A DNA stretch of 64,000 nt from positions 42,284,001-42,348,000 of the forward strand of contig OX597826.1 in the NCBI GenBank assembly GCA_951406725.2. The letters are read 5' to 3'. Origin of the DNA: Octopus vulgaris. Lineage: Eukaryota. The translations under genes were made by a program, and so were the position numbers. Numbering within the stretch: the stretch's first letter is position 1; each line of letters starts with the position of its first letter. Shown piece by piece: positions 13,829 to 25,743 of this stretch. The notes beneath the pieces were generated by a model that did no database searches, was not told where the DNA came from, and saw only the letters and a program-made list of their open reading frames with translations.

Positions 13829-14465
13829 ATTTGGCTCAAAAGCAAATAGCAAGGCCATGTAGGGGGACATGGAGTTAAGTACAGGGTGGTGTTCATGTAA
13901 AGAGTTCAGGCCACTTGAGGTCCAGGGAGGCTTTGAAGAAAGCGGTCGTCGGCATCTTTACCATCTCGTCTGGCAGCTTGTTCCACGGATCCGCAACCCG
14001 GACGGAGAAAGCTCCTCTCCTTCGATTGAGATGAAATCGTCGCAGGTAGAGCTTTTCGGAATGACCCCGCAGCCGACGCTCTGGAGCAGGAGTGAAGAAC
14101 AGCTCTTTCGAGAGGTTACACTTTCCGCTTATGATGTTGTGGGCGAGAATGAGATCACCACGGCGGCGGCGTTTTTCAAGAGAATAAAGGTCGAGCGTCC
14201 TCAGCGTTTCTTCGTAGGACAAATTTTTGAGACCATGAACCATACGGGTAGCCAGCTTCTGGACTCTTTCGAGATGCTGTATGTCTTTGAGGAGATAAGG
14301 AGAAGAGGCTTGAATCCCATACTCCAATATGGGTCTCACCAGCGTGACATAGAGTGGTAGGAATATGGCTGCTGTGAGCATTCCGAATGACCGTCGAATC
14401 AAGAACAGAATTCCGCGTGCTTTGTTGGCAGCATCACTGGGCCGAAGGCGAAAAGGAAGATGAGG
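13779..14465 (-). mobile_element. 5'-truncated CR1/L2-group LINE (C-terminal part of the RT ORF) with (TAAC)n tail
   Basis: ORF 13893-14402 has LYVTLVRPILEY..LERVQKLATRMV..LSYEETL..RRRRGDLI..RGH..FSVRVADPWNKLP, typical of the CR1-like ORF2 end. A short 3' UTR is followed by (aact)n. Confidence 0.9.
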
Positions 14466-14702
14466 CCCTATTCTCTGTGACTTTCGCAGGCACTGCCAGC
14501 ATGGGAAGCCCTAAGTCTTATCATTAAAGGTGCGAAACTGAGTATTACCATTTGGTTGATAACTGACGAAAAGGTAGGGACCCTCAGTGTGTGCTTCTCA
14601 TCCGGTTGTATATGTATATATTTTTTATCTGTCGTTGTTTAAATACTATGATTTTTTCATTTGTTAGTAACGGTATGCACGCAAACCACGTTTTATTAAC
14701 AG

Positions 14703-14756
<54 letters not shown>

Positions 14757-14760
<4 letters not shown>

Positions 14761-15138
14761 TCAAGTGGTGTGTCTGTCTCCTACTATTTAGATTCCTAAC
14801 TACTCCCACATTTTGCGGTGCAGTTTAACCAAAACCGGGTATCTTATAGTCGTGATTCATATCGAGCCATTCTGGGTATTAGCGCGCGTCTACGATGAGT
14901 CTACGATTTAAAAAAAAAATTACCATCATTTTTTCCATTTTAATGCATTTTTTCGCTATTATATAAGGGAAGTAACTCTCTAAAAATGTCTACGATGAGT
15001 CAACGATTCAAAAAAAAAATTGCCATCATTTTTTTTCCATTTTTAATGCATTTTTTGCTATTTTTTGGCTATAACTCTCTAAAATGCTTATATAGTTATT
15101 TCCCTTACAAACCCGAGCAACGCCGGGCGATACTGCTA

Positions 15139-15139
<1 letters not shown>
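14757..15139 (+). mobile_element. Non-autonomous Helitron, copy 1 (5' end lost in TA repeat)
   Basis: 3' hairpin cccgagcaacgccggg followed by CTAG|T; body shared with 33214-33615. Confidence 0.8.
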
Positions 15140-15190
<51 letters not shown>

Positions 15191-15724
15191 GAATGTTACA
15201 AATGAAGAATGGAGTTGCTGGTATTACATTTATTCTATGGTTAACAAACATTTCAATAATGTGTGAGTGGCAAATCAAATAACATACATGAACCCAAGGA
15301 TGATAACAATGATCATCAAATCGATTATATAATGCATACTACATAATGATCAACCCACAGCCATTTAGTCATAATCTTGTGAATAAGTAAATTACAGTTG
15401 CAAATTAGATGATTTTGTATATACAGAAACCTTACAATATTTCAGTGGGAATGTACTTGATTTCAGAAGGCGGAGTTAATGTTAGAAGTTAGCCAAAGCA
15501 TTACACTAGACATCTACACCATTAGATAACACAACACGATACTGGATTACACTGTGAGAAATTGAGAATTAATGAATAGTGTGGTACATTACAGTTTTGA
15601 TCGAATAAACGAATGAATAAAGGGCCGCACATCCAAACGGATACAATGAAATTCACTATGAATGGCTTGTTCGTAAATGTACGACGAAAGTCGTTGGCAT
15701 TCAGTGATACGTACCGCTGTAAGG

Positions 15725-16106
15725 GTGGAGGCGCAATGGCCCAGTGGTTAGGGCAGCGGACTCGCGGTCGTAGGATCGCGGTTTCGATTCCCAGACCGGG
15801 CGTTGTGAGTGTTTATTGAGCGAAAACACCTAAAGCTCCACGAGGCTCCGGCAGGGATGGTGGTGATCCCTGCTGTACTCTTTCACCACAACTTTCTCTC
15901 ACTCTTACTTCCTGTTTCTGTTGTACCTGTATTTCAAAGGGCCGACCTTGTCACTCTGTGTGTCACGCTGAATATCCCCGAGAACTACGTTAAGGGTACA
16001 CGTGTCTGTGGAGTGCTCAGCCACTTACACGTTAATTTCACGAGCAGGCTGTTCCGTTGATCGGATCAACCGGAACCCTCGTCGTCGTAACCGACGGAGT
16101 GCTTCC
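15725..16106 (+). mobile_element. Full-length SINE family A
   Basis: 12-bp TSD accgctgtaagg at 15713-15724 and 16107-16118. Confidence 0.92.
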
Positions 16107-16872
16107 ACCGCTGTAAGGACAGTTGATGTTATAATTCCTTGAGTTATCTAAATCTCAACTTTGTTCTGACTGAGTCTATTTATAATATCTAGATGACGTT
16201 TCGAACAGTTTGGTCTTTAAGGGCCAGTCATTAGGTATCTTAGTTTATTGGATAAGAACATTATTATCTTTAGTTTACAAATAATCGTTCCTGATTTCAC
16301 TTAGAAATGACGATGGGACAAAGTTTAACTTTCTCTTTCACTCCTCATCTTCATCATCGTCATAAACCGCTGGACTTTTACTGTTTCGAGTCGTAGAACT
16401 TATAATGCTCATTTTCTGTGTTTCCGTGACGAGTAAGTGACCGAGATTACAACGTTCTCCTTGAATGAGATGCCAGTCCGTCACAAGGTTTTTCATTTGT
16501 ATTTCAGTAGACTGGAGCAACGTTATACGAAGTGTTTAACTCAAGAATACAACGTACCGCCAGGTCAGGGGATCGAAACCGTGATCTTGCGCTCGTGAGA
16601 GTAACACCCTAAACACTAGGCCACATGCCTTCACCATTCATCCCTCTAGGATCAACAAAATAACTAACGATGGGTTACTGTGGTCGAACTACTTTGTCTC
16701 CCATTCTTTCTTTTTCTGATGAGCTGCAGTGCACCTGAGCACTATATACAATTAGTTTATTATTATTCTTTTTATAATCAAAATACTTTTACGACAGTGT
16801 TAGAACTTCTTATACGTATTACTCTATGAACAAAAACATAACATGGCACCAACAATTTACTTTTATACTTAC

Positions 16873-17258
16873 AAAAACAGCTAGCGAAACTTTCTCTGGG
16901 TCCATCTGCAAGGGACGGTTTCTTAAATACCGTTTTATCTCTCTGCGATTCAAAACATTGACCACAGCATATTCTAGAAGTGCGAGAAAGACGAATATGA
17001 GACAAATAGCCATCCAGATATCTATAGCTTTGATGTAAGAAACTTTGGGAAGAGCGGAGACGGCTGCAGCCGTTTGACTGGTCATCGTTAACACTGTGAG
17101 AACACCCAATGATGTGCGGGCTGGGACAGCGTCTATGTTTAGCCAAAATGAAAACCATGATACCAAGACGGTCAATGAACATGGACAGTATATGTTGAGA
17201 ATGTAGAAACCCATATTTCTCTTCAAATGAAATTCAGCTCTTAGACAGGAGAATGTTT
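16873..17258 (-). CDS. Cys-loop anion channel exon (end of loop C, TM1-TM3, start of the intracellular loop)
   Basis: tatttcag|AA ACA TTC TCC TGT...GTT TTT|gtaagt; TFSCLRAEFHLKRNMGFYILNIYCPCSLTVLVSWFSFWLNIDAVPARTSLGVLTVLTM...LPKVSYIKAIDIWMAICLIFVFLALLEYAVVN. The PAR motif indicates anion selectivity. Confidence 0.97.
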
Positions 17259-17323
17259 CTGAAATAATAAAATTACAGGGTTTTAGAAACAGTTTAATTT
17301 AACACACACACAAAGATATATAT

Positions 17324-17355
<32 letters not shown>

Positions 17356-17685
17356 GTCCAAAAATACGAAGAACAAACACAAAAATACAACAACCGTAGT
17401 ACAACGCACAGGGAAGAGAAGAAAGGTGGCTTTACATTTCGACCAAAGCTCTTCTTCAGAAACAGAGCAAAGTCCAATAGAAAAGGAAGACGGAGGGAAA
17501 AAATCGCCAACGGTTCACATGTGGTTACACCGCGTGCACACACACACACATAGGTATGTATGTATGTATGCATTTATGTATACGTATAGATATATATATG
17601 TATATACATATATATACATATATGTACACACATACCCAGATATACACAAAAATACATATTCATGTACACACACACACACACTCAC

Positions 17686-17718
<33 letters not shown>

Positions 17719-17752
17719 TGTATATACATACATATATGTGTGTGTGTGTGTG

Positions 17753-17822
<70 letters not shown>

Positions 17823-18500
17823 AAGTTCACTCAAAATTCGTACTGGTCGACTCAGACTCTCAGTAAGAAACGACTCAAAGGAAATATGCGAATCGGCTGA
17901 ACACCACGAAATGGACACGGGAATATGAGGTGGAAACGAGTGCCAGCGGACGTGTAGCTCAACATTCGTATCACAGCTCAAGCAATACGGCCCGAAATAC
18001 AAACAGCCGTGGTGCAGCTGCTTGATGCGCTGAGGTGCGCCTAAAATAGCGCCGTCGTTTCAAGTATGTTAGGGCATGTTTTCGAGGCCAGACTATAAGT
18101 ATAAGTATTACATATTAATGAACCCCAAAATGACACCTAGGTTAACAAGGAAAACCTCTACAGGGATAAGCCTTGAGTTATCCGTAATAAAAGATATGGC
18201 TTGCATAGCACCACACTTGATCTTAGACAAAATTCACAAATACAAAGCAGATACTAAATTATTACAAATAGTTGCAGATCAAATATTACATTGGCTGGAC
18301 CTGTCAGGGTTTTACTCGGCATAACGCCCTTCCAGACAAGCTGCCATTACCATGGTTAATGGATTCTAATTGTATCCATTTTCCACTCCTGTCAGTGATC
18401 TTATTCTGCGCTTACTCATCATCCCGAATGTCATTATGTCCACGCACATTATTGCTAAACAGCTGTTGGTTCTATGTTGAGTTTGGCTGTCTTTTAATAT

Positions 18501-18865
18501 TTTTTTTACTTGTTTCAGTCATGTGACTCTGGCCATGCTGGAGCACCGCCTTTTAGTCGAGCAAATCGACCCCAGGACTTATTCTTTGTAAACCTAGTAC
18601 TCATTCTATCGGTCTCTTTTGCGGGGATATAAACACACCAGCATTGGTTGTCAAGCGATGTTGAGGGGACAAACACAGACACACAAACACATACATATAT
18701 ACGACGGGCTTCTTTCAGTTTCCGTCTACCAAATCCACTCACAAGGCTTCGGTCGGCCCGAGGCTATAGTAGAAGACACTTGCCCAAGGTGCCACGCAGT
18801 GGGACTGAACCTGGAACCATGTGGTTGGTAAGCAAACTACTTACCACACAGCCACTCCTACGCTA
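18501..18865 (-). mobile_element. SINE family B
   Basis: Family B head and tail in reverse orientation, with an internal deletion. Confidence 0.85.
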
Positions 18866-19035
18866 CGATAATGAGTAGCTTTTCTTTTTATCTTTGTTCG
18901 GTCATGCTTGGTTTCTAGTAAACTTCCTCAGCGGGATACTCTGTTCAGGTACCAACATAGTCACCGACGAACCGAGTATATAACAAGTTATACATACACC
19001 TATAAATATTTATACGCATATAAAGAAACGCATAT

Positions 19036-19207
19036 AGGCGCAGGAGTGGCTGTGTGGTAAGTAGCTTGCTAACCAGCCACATGGTTCTGGGTTCAGTCCC
19101 GCTGCGTGGCATCTTGGGCAAGTGTCTTCTGCTATAGCCCCGGGCCTACCAATGCCTTGTGCGTGGATTTGGTAGACGGAAACTGAAAGAAGCCTGTCGT
19201 ATGTATG

Positions 19208-19240
<33 letters not shown>

Positions 19241-19469
19241 GTGTGTGTGTGTTTGTGTGTCTGTGTTTGTGCCCCTAGCATTGCTTGACAACCGATGCTG
19301 GTGTGTTTACGTCCCCGCCACTTAGCGGTTCGGCAAAAGAGACCGATAGAATAAGTACTGGGCTTACAAAGAATAAGTCCCGGGGTCGATTTGCTCGACT
19401 AAAAGGCGGTGCTCCAGCATGGCCGCAGTCAAATGACTGAAACAAGTAAAATAGTAAAATAGAAAGAGT
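19036..19469 (+). mobile_element. Full-length SINE family B
   Basis: aggcgcaggagtggctgtgtggtaag head, CORE/V-like cttgggcaagtgtc segment, internal microsatellite and gtaaaa-repeat tail. Confidence 0.88.
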
Positions 19470-20015
19470 ATACACAAATATATATACATTCGTGACAAAT
19501 ATATTGCATGACTATCACCATGTGACTTAGATATAGAATATAGAATATAATCATACGTAGTAACAAATCAGCAAAGGATCTCTAATTTTTAAATCGCCAT
19601 TGTCCTTAATGGTGTTCATACATTGAACATTAAATGCTTTACACTGAGTTTGGTCTCGAGTGTATTCATATTGAAGTACTTATGTTTTGTTTGATAATAT
19701 TCGAGCATAGATAAAACAGATTAAAAGAGTGGTGCCATAATGGCAGAAAATTCTTAGTATATTCTTTATTCATATAGTGCGTGAAACTAGATTGTGTGTA
19801 TACACGCGCATACACACACACACACGCGCGCGTACACGAACATGCACACGCACACACACGTACGCGTACACAAATGCACGCAGATATACATACATAGACA
19901 CTCACACGTATGCGTACATACAGACAAATATTTGGATATGTATATTTCTGAGCGTATAAGCATTAAGCTAATACGCAGAGAAAGAAAGAAAGAAAGAAAG
20001 GAAGGAAGGAAGAAA

Positions 20016-20072
<57 letters not shown>

Positions 20073-20180
20073 GAAGAAAGAAAGGAAGGAAGGAAGAAAG
20101 AAAGAAAGAAAGGACCATTAGCAAAAATGGTTATAATAACAAGAATGCTAATACTACTAATAATCGACAATACCATTATC

Positions 20181-20259
<79 letters not shown>

Positions 20260-20830
20260 CCACCACCATCACGATTAAATGCTTTGCTGTATCTAGTTTA
20301 CTATGTTCTGTGTTCAAAATCTTTCCTTGCCGTTTTTCCTTTCATCTTTCTAGGGATGACAAAAGAAATATGAATCTAGAACTGTGTTCTGCTTAACTGA
20401 CTATTCCTTAACTGAAACATATATTCTTTTTGCTGTTGTAAAATAAGAAGTTATCGTGATTTGGATGCTACGACGATCAGATCGCTGAGACTGCTATCGT
20501 CAACTATCGTCTGTTCTGTGATATTTGTTCGAACTCACAGATTTCTTCGCTCCTATCTTTATTGGTGTGTATCACAATTGTTAGCCCAGAATCAACAATA
20601 ATAAAAAAGCTGTTGTATGATCAAGGAAGTGAATACTTTGCTGAAGGGCACAACCAGAAAGAAAAAAAAAACATACCGTCGTTAATTTATGACTCATAAC
20701 TATGTGAAAGATTGAGTTAAAAATTTCTGGTGTTATTGCGGTTGTCCTTTTGTGTTGTCAAACCGTACAGATTTGTAGAATCAGAAAACATCTTTGCGAG
20801 AAAATCTTCACTTTATGTGGTAAATTGTAC

Positions 20831-22117
20831 GGATCTTTTCTGTTTGGTTGCTCGCGGGTCCAATAATTAAAGTTTGCCGAAAATTTTAAAATTTGGCGCA
20901 ATAATACACTTGCACAAACTGAATTGCTGGAGTTATTTCATTTTTACCTGGAAAATGTTTTTAAAAAATTATAGAGGTTTAAAATTTGATCATCTTCATC
21001 CAGTCAGAAAACAGGATTTGGAAGCTGTCATTTTGTGCGTGACTGCACATTTTGTCGTCAACATCCTGAAAATAGCTATTTCTTTACTACCCACAAGGGG
21101 CTAAACACAGAGGGGACAAACAAGGACAGACAAACGGATTAAGTCGATTACATCGACCACAGTGCGTAACTGGTACTTAATTTATCGACCTCGAAAGGAT
21201 GAAAGGTAAAGTCGACCTCGGCGGAATTGTGTTGTCAATATTTGTTAACAGCACGTGATATGTCTCCGGTAATTTTCTTTCATGCAAATAAATCTTATTT
21301 AGCTGTTATTTTTAGCACACCTCGCAACCACCAAATGCGATAAACACATTACAATTTTTAACAGAAAGGTTTAGAAGAATTAGTTGAAAGTTGTCCGGTA
21401 ATTTAACTTTCATGTAAATAAATGTTTATACTAATTTAAAAGAGGAAAACAGTTTTAAATCTTTGAGCGAGATGTTGGCAAATAAACCTTAGCTTAAAAG
21501 AATTATCCAAAAAAATCTTATTTAGCTGTTATTTTTAGCACACCTCGCAACCACCAAATGCGATAAACACATTACAATTTTTAACAGAAAGGTTTAGAAG
21601 AATTAGTTGAAAGTTGTCCGGTAATTTAACTTTCATGTAAATAAATGTTTATACTAATTTAAAAGAGGAAAACAGTTTTAAATCTTTGAGCGAGATGTTG
21701 GCAAATAAACCTTAGCTTAAAAGAATTATCCAAAAAAATCTTATTTAGCTGTTATTTTCAGTACGCCTCACAGCCACCTCAATGCTCAATGACAAAAAGA
21801 AACTAGTAAACAAACATTTGTCAACACGTGCTTCCTCACAGATAAAAGACTTTCCAAAGACTGTTACAATGGCAACAAGCAAAAGGGTTCTCATGTTTCC
21901 GCTTCTTACTATCGAAACAGACATGATTATGCCTGTGACTCACGGTTGGCTAAAATTACCAAAATTTTAAATCTTTAATTACTAATAACTCTTTATTTAT
22001 TGATTTATAGCGAAAACTAGTTGCAGCCTATAAAAGTGTATTATTACACTGAATATGAAATCACTTGGAATAGAAAATTGACGCTGGCAGCAGCTGGCAA
22101 CCAAACAGAAAAGATCC
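20831..22117. mobile_element. Non-autonomous DNA transposon with perfect 21-bp TIRs and ~8-bp TSD (Merlin-like, tentative)
   Basis: ggatcttttctgtttggttgc at 20831-20851 and its exact reverse complement at 22097-22117. Flanks aattgtac / tattgtac match at 7 of 8. Contains a SINE C fragment at about 21073-21228. Confidence 0.75.
21291..21785. repeat. 223-bp tandem duplication (two near-identical units plus a partial third)
   Basis: Unit start aatcttatttagctgttattt occurs at 21291, 21514 and 21737. Confidence 0.9.
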
Positions 22118-23018
22118 TATTGTACAAATGGTTGAGGGAAGATCTGATAACGGGGCTATGACCAAGTGATATTCGACCAATCAACATGTCCGACACGTTC
22201 GACTACCGCAAGTGGGTTTTAGTCCCTTACTCCCATTTTGGCTTCGATATTCAGTCTAGATAAGGTGAGGAGATGACAGATGGTTAGCAATATTTCTTCC
22301 GGCTCTTTACATTCTGAGTTCAAATACCGCCAAGATCAACTTTGCTTTTCATTGCTTCGAGGTCGATAAAATAAGTACCAGTTGAGCCGAGGGTTCGATG
22401 CTATCGACGACCTCCTCCCTGAAAAATTTCTGGCTTTTTATCTAGTAGAAATAAATATGCAATCTAGATATCGATACCTTTGAAATGTTCGACGTCTCAC
22501 GTTCGGCCACTCAACTGTGAACTCTTTCACCATGTATTTTCTATATATATCTGCATCTTCACATACTTTACCATCATATATCTAAACTTTTCAGCGATTA
22601 GTGTAGCTATTGCAGAGATAATAATTATTCAATATTTTTTTAAAGACTTACAAAACTCTTACTTTGTATTCTTGATTTTTCTCATTACTTTTCACGTCAA
22701 TTTCTTTTTCATGTTTAGGTGTATTGCTTCCATTTAAAAAGAAGCCATTTTTAACGTCTTCTGTTAACACTCGTTTATGCAACAATATATTATTATCTTC
22801 TTATTGTGATTGCTGTCCTGATGGGGTTTTATTGCAAATGATCTCGTTTTCTTCTTTTTTTGTTTTCTATGCTTTATGGCAGCAAATCTATGTGTGTCTC
22901 TATATTTCCATCTTCTGTCTGTTACTGCAAATATTTTTCTCATGATGATCATCATCAGCATCAGCATCAACATCATTACTACAATCACCACCACCACTGC
23001 CACCATCACCATTGCTAC

Positions 23019-23053
<35 letters not shown>

Positions 23054-23170
23054 CTTTTGCTATATTATTCATGCAAATGTATCTAGGGTCATATTATCAA
23101 ATGCGTCCGTCTATTTTTTTTTTGTTAAAGATGGTAGGAGTAATTTGAGAATGACTTAGTTATTTCAATT

Positions 23171-23201
<31 letters not shown>

Positions 23202-23581
23202 CGATCCTCATTATCATCACCGCCACATATTACCTAATGTGCCCTCTCATTTTTTTTTTTTTAAGATGGCTGGGTAGATGTGAGAAAGATTTGATTATTT
23301 CTGTTCTTAGCAGGTTGAGCAAAAATGCAGAGCCTTTTTAGCTTATTATTATTATTCCTCTTACTGCTGCCATTGCTGTTACTGTTACATCTTTTGCTGC
23401 AGTTGACATTATTCAAATGAGTCTTTATTTTTTTTTTTTTTAAAGATTTAACACTGTCTTGTTTTTCTTTGTATAAACATCAGATCTATTTATAGTAAAA
23501 AGACGTTCGCTGATCTTGTATTCTTTTTGCCTAAGATTTTCCAGGAAGGAAAAAAAAGTATGAAGAATTATTTACACTAAC

Positions 23582-23728
23582 CTTCATTATTCATGATGCT
23601 ATTGCAGTCACATATGGACCATTTAGTGATTTCAAACTGTGGCATTATGTGGACGGCTTTGATCATTTGCAGCGCTTTGTCATGGTTGTCGTTCCAATGG
23701 AATTGTAGCCTTTTTTCTGTATAAGCAA
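23582..23728 (-). CDS. Cys-loop anion channel exon (loop B to loop C)
   Basis: cgttacag|TT GCT TAT...GAA G|gttagt; (F)AYTEKRLQFHWNDNHDKALQMIKAVHIMPQFEITKWSICDCNSIMNNE with the PQF motif. 147 nt, phase 1 to 1. Confidence 0.92.
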
Positions 23729-23765
23729 CTGTAACGAGAGAACATATACACACATACAATGTAAT

Positions 23766-24146
23766 GGAAGCACTCCGTCGGTTACGACGATGAGGGTTCC
23801 GGTTGATCCGACCAATGGAACAGCCTGCTCGTGAAATTAACGTGTAAGTGGCTGAGCACTCCAGAGACACGTGCACCCTTAACGTAGTTCTCGGGGATAT
23901 TCAGCGTGACACAGAGAGTGACAAGGCCGGCCCTTTGAAATACAGGTACAACAGAAACAGGAAGAAAGAGTGAGAGAAAGTTGTGGTGAAAGAGTACAGC
24001 AGGGATCACCACCATCCCCTGCCGGAGCCTAGTGGAGCTTTAGGTGTTTTCGCTCAATAAACACTCACAACGCCCGGTCTGGGAATCGAAACCGCGATCC
24101 TACGACCGCGAGTCCGCTGCCCTAACCACTGGGCCATTGCGCATCC
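23766..24146 (-). mobile_element. Full-length SINE family A just upstream of an exon acceptor
   Basis: 10-bp TSD acaatgtaat at 23756-23765 and 24147-24156. Confidence 0.9.
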
Positions 24147-24650
24147 ACAATGTAATAAACTGAATATGAGTGTAGATACAATCACAGCAAGGGAGTGTAA
24201 GACCTGTCATATAGAGGATTCGGATATCTATCTGACACATCAAGGCAGCGTGAAACTTGTTTCGTAGGGGTAAATTTTGGACGCACGTTACACCAAGACA
24301 ATCTTCCTGTCTGGTAGAAATTATGTTGCAGTAAGTTAGTGGAATTTTTTTTACCATAAGAGAGGTAACGGAATGAGACAATCTGGTGCAGCTGTTTGGA
24401 CGCAGATGCTTTGACACCGCTGACGGGAACTTCAGCCTCTTTGGTAATAGTACGTTTTGGCACTGGAGCCAAAAACACTCATATACACATGCACGCAGGT
24501 GCAGATGTATACACATACAACTAGAAAGAGTGTGAGTGAGAGTGATGGGAGGGAGAGAGAGAGAGATTGTAATTTATTGACTGAACAAGATTGATATAAA
24601 CACTTTTCCTCTCCTCATACACATATAGAAATATGCTGACACGCATAAAC

Positions 24651-24797
<147 letters not shown>

Positions 24798-25660
24798 TTG
24801 AAAAGTCTAATGTCAAATAAATCAGCGTCGAATCAGCGACACCAAATAGGGACGCCAAAACAGCTGTGCCAAAAAGTCTGAAGTCCAGGAGGTAGGCGTG
24901 TCACATAAGACTGTAGTATTTTTCTGCTAGCAAATGTGGAGATACGTCTCAACTAAAGAAAATAGGATGTTTTACAAACAGTAAAAGTATCTCATACCTG
25001 CTGCGAGGCGAGTCATTTACGTTAATGGGACTGAAATGTCTGTATGACATAAATCTTGTAGACGAATGTGTGTAGAAGACAACAAGAAAGCTATCATTTG
25101 GACGAATATCAGATATCTGTGTGTGTGATATACACTACAGGAAGAAATGACGAAGATTATAAAGTCCAATTTAAGAGGTAAGCAATGTCATAAATTATAT
25201 TGAGGACTGTAATAAGGCAAATAGATATATGAGATGTATCTCACCTTGATCATTGAAACTGGGACTAATTTGATGTCATATAGTATGTTACTTGACTTCA
25301 TGACTTCATAGCACCACTTTTTTTAGTGATAAGTTTAACATGCATTCCATTTGACACCGCCATGTGGTCCTTAGTATGTCTTTAACAGAGTTCATGCCGT
25401 TGCAAGCATTCGATCCAGAGACTCACCAGTTCTCTCTTCGTCTATATTTTTAATGCATACACTGACCTGCAGATACACTGACCTGTCAGATACACTGACA
25501 AGTCATTAGTCTAGTTAATGCTACTAGTCCAGGGGGCCTAGAAAATGTTATAGGTAAGTACTCCAACTTGGTCCCTGATTAACTTATAAAATATATGTAT
25601 TGCATAGATAAATGAAACAGAATGATTATGGTGTAACTATAAAGCATCAATGTAACTTAC

Positions 25661-25743
25661 AGCTTTGCAAATGAAGGTAACAAATCTGCTGATCCATCGG
25701 GTATTTTTGAAGTTGCATGGGACATGAGGCTCTGAGTGATATT
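25661..25743 (-). CDS. Cys-loop anion channel exon (signature Cys-loop, 83 nt)
   Basis: ttaacag|A ATA TCA...AGC T|gtaagt; ISLRASCPMQLQKYPMDQQICYLHLQS is the C-x13-C Cys-loop. Phase 2 to 1. Confidence 0.96.

Noticed and set aside
13869-14360. 163-aa plus-strand ORF
   Set aside because: Antisense shadow of the CR1-like RT ORF.
16338-16420. Acidic peptide (SPAVYDDDEDEE) as an alternative intracellular-loop exon
   Set aside because: Weak acceptor with no pyrimidine tract, no phase-0 donor, and the ORF starts within a SINE D fragment.
16716-16750. CTGATGAG hammerhead-like heptamer (also CTGATGAAG at about 55969 and CTGAGGAAG at about 47051)
   Set aside because: No correctly placed stem II, GAAA and stem III follow.
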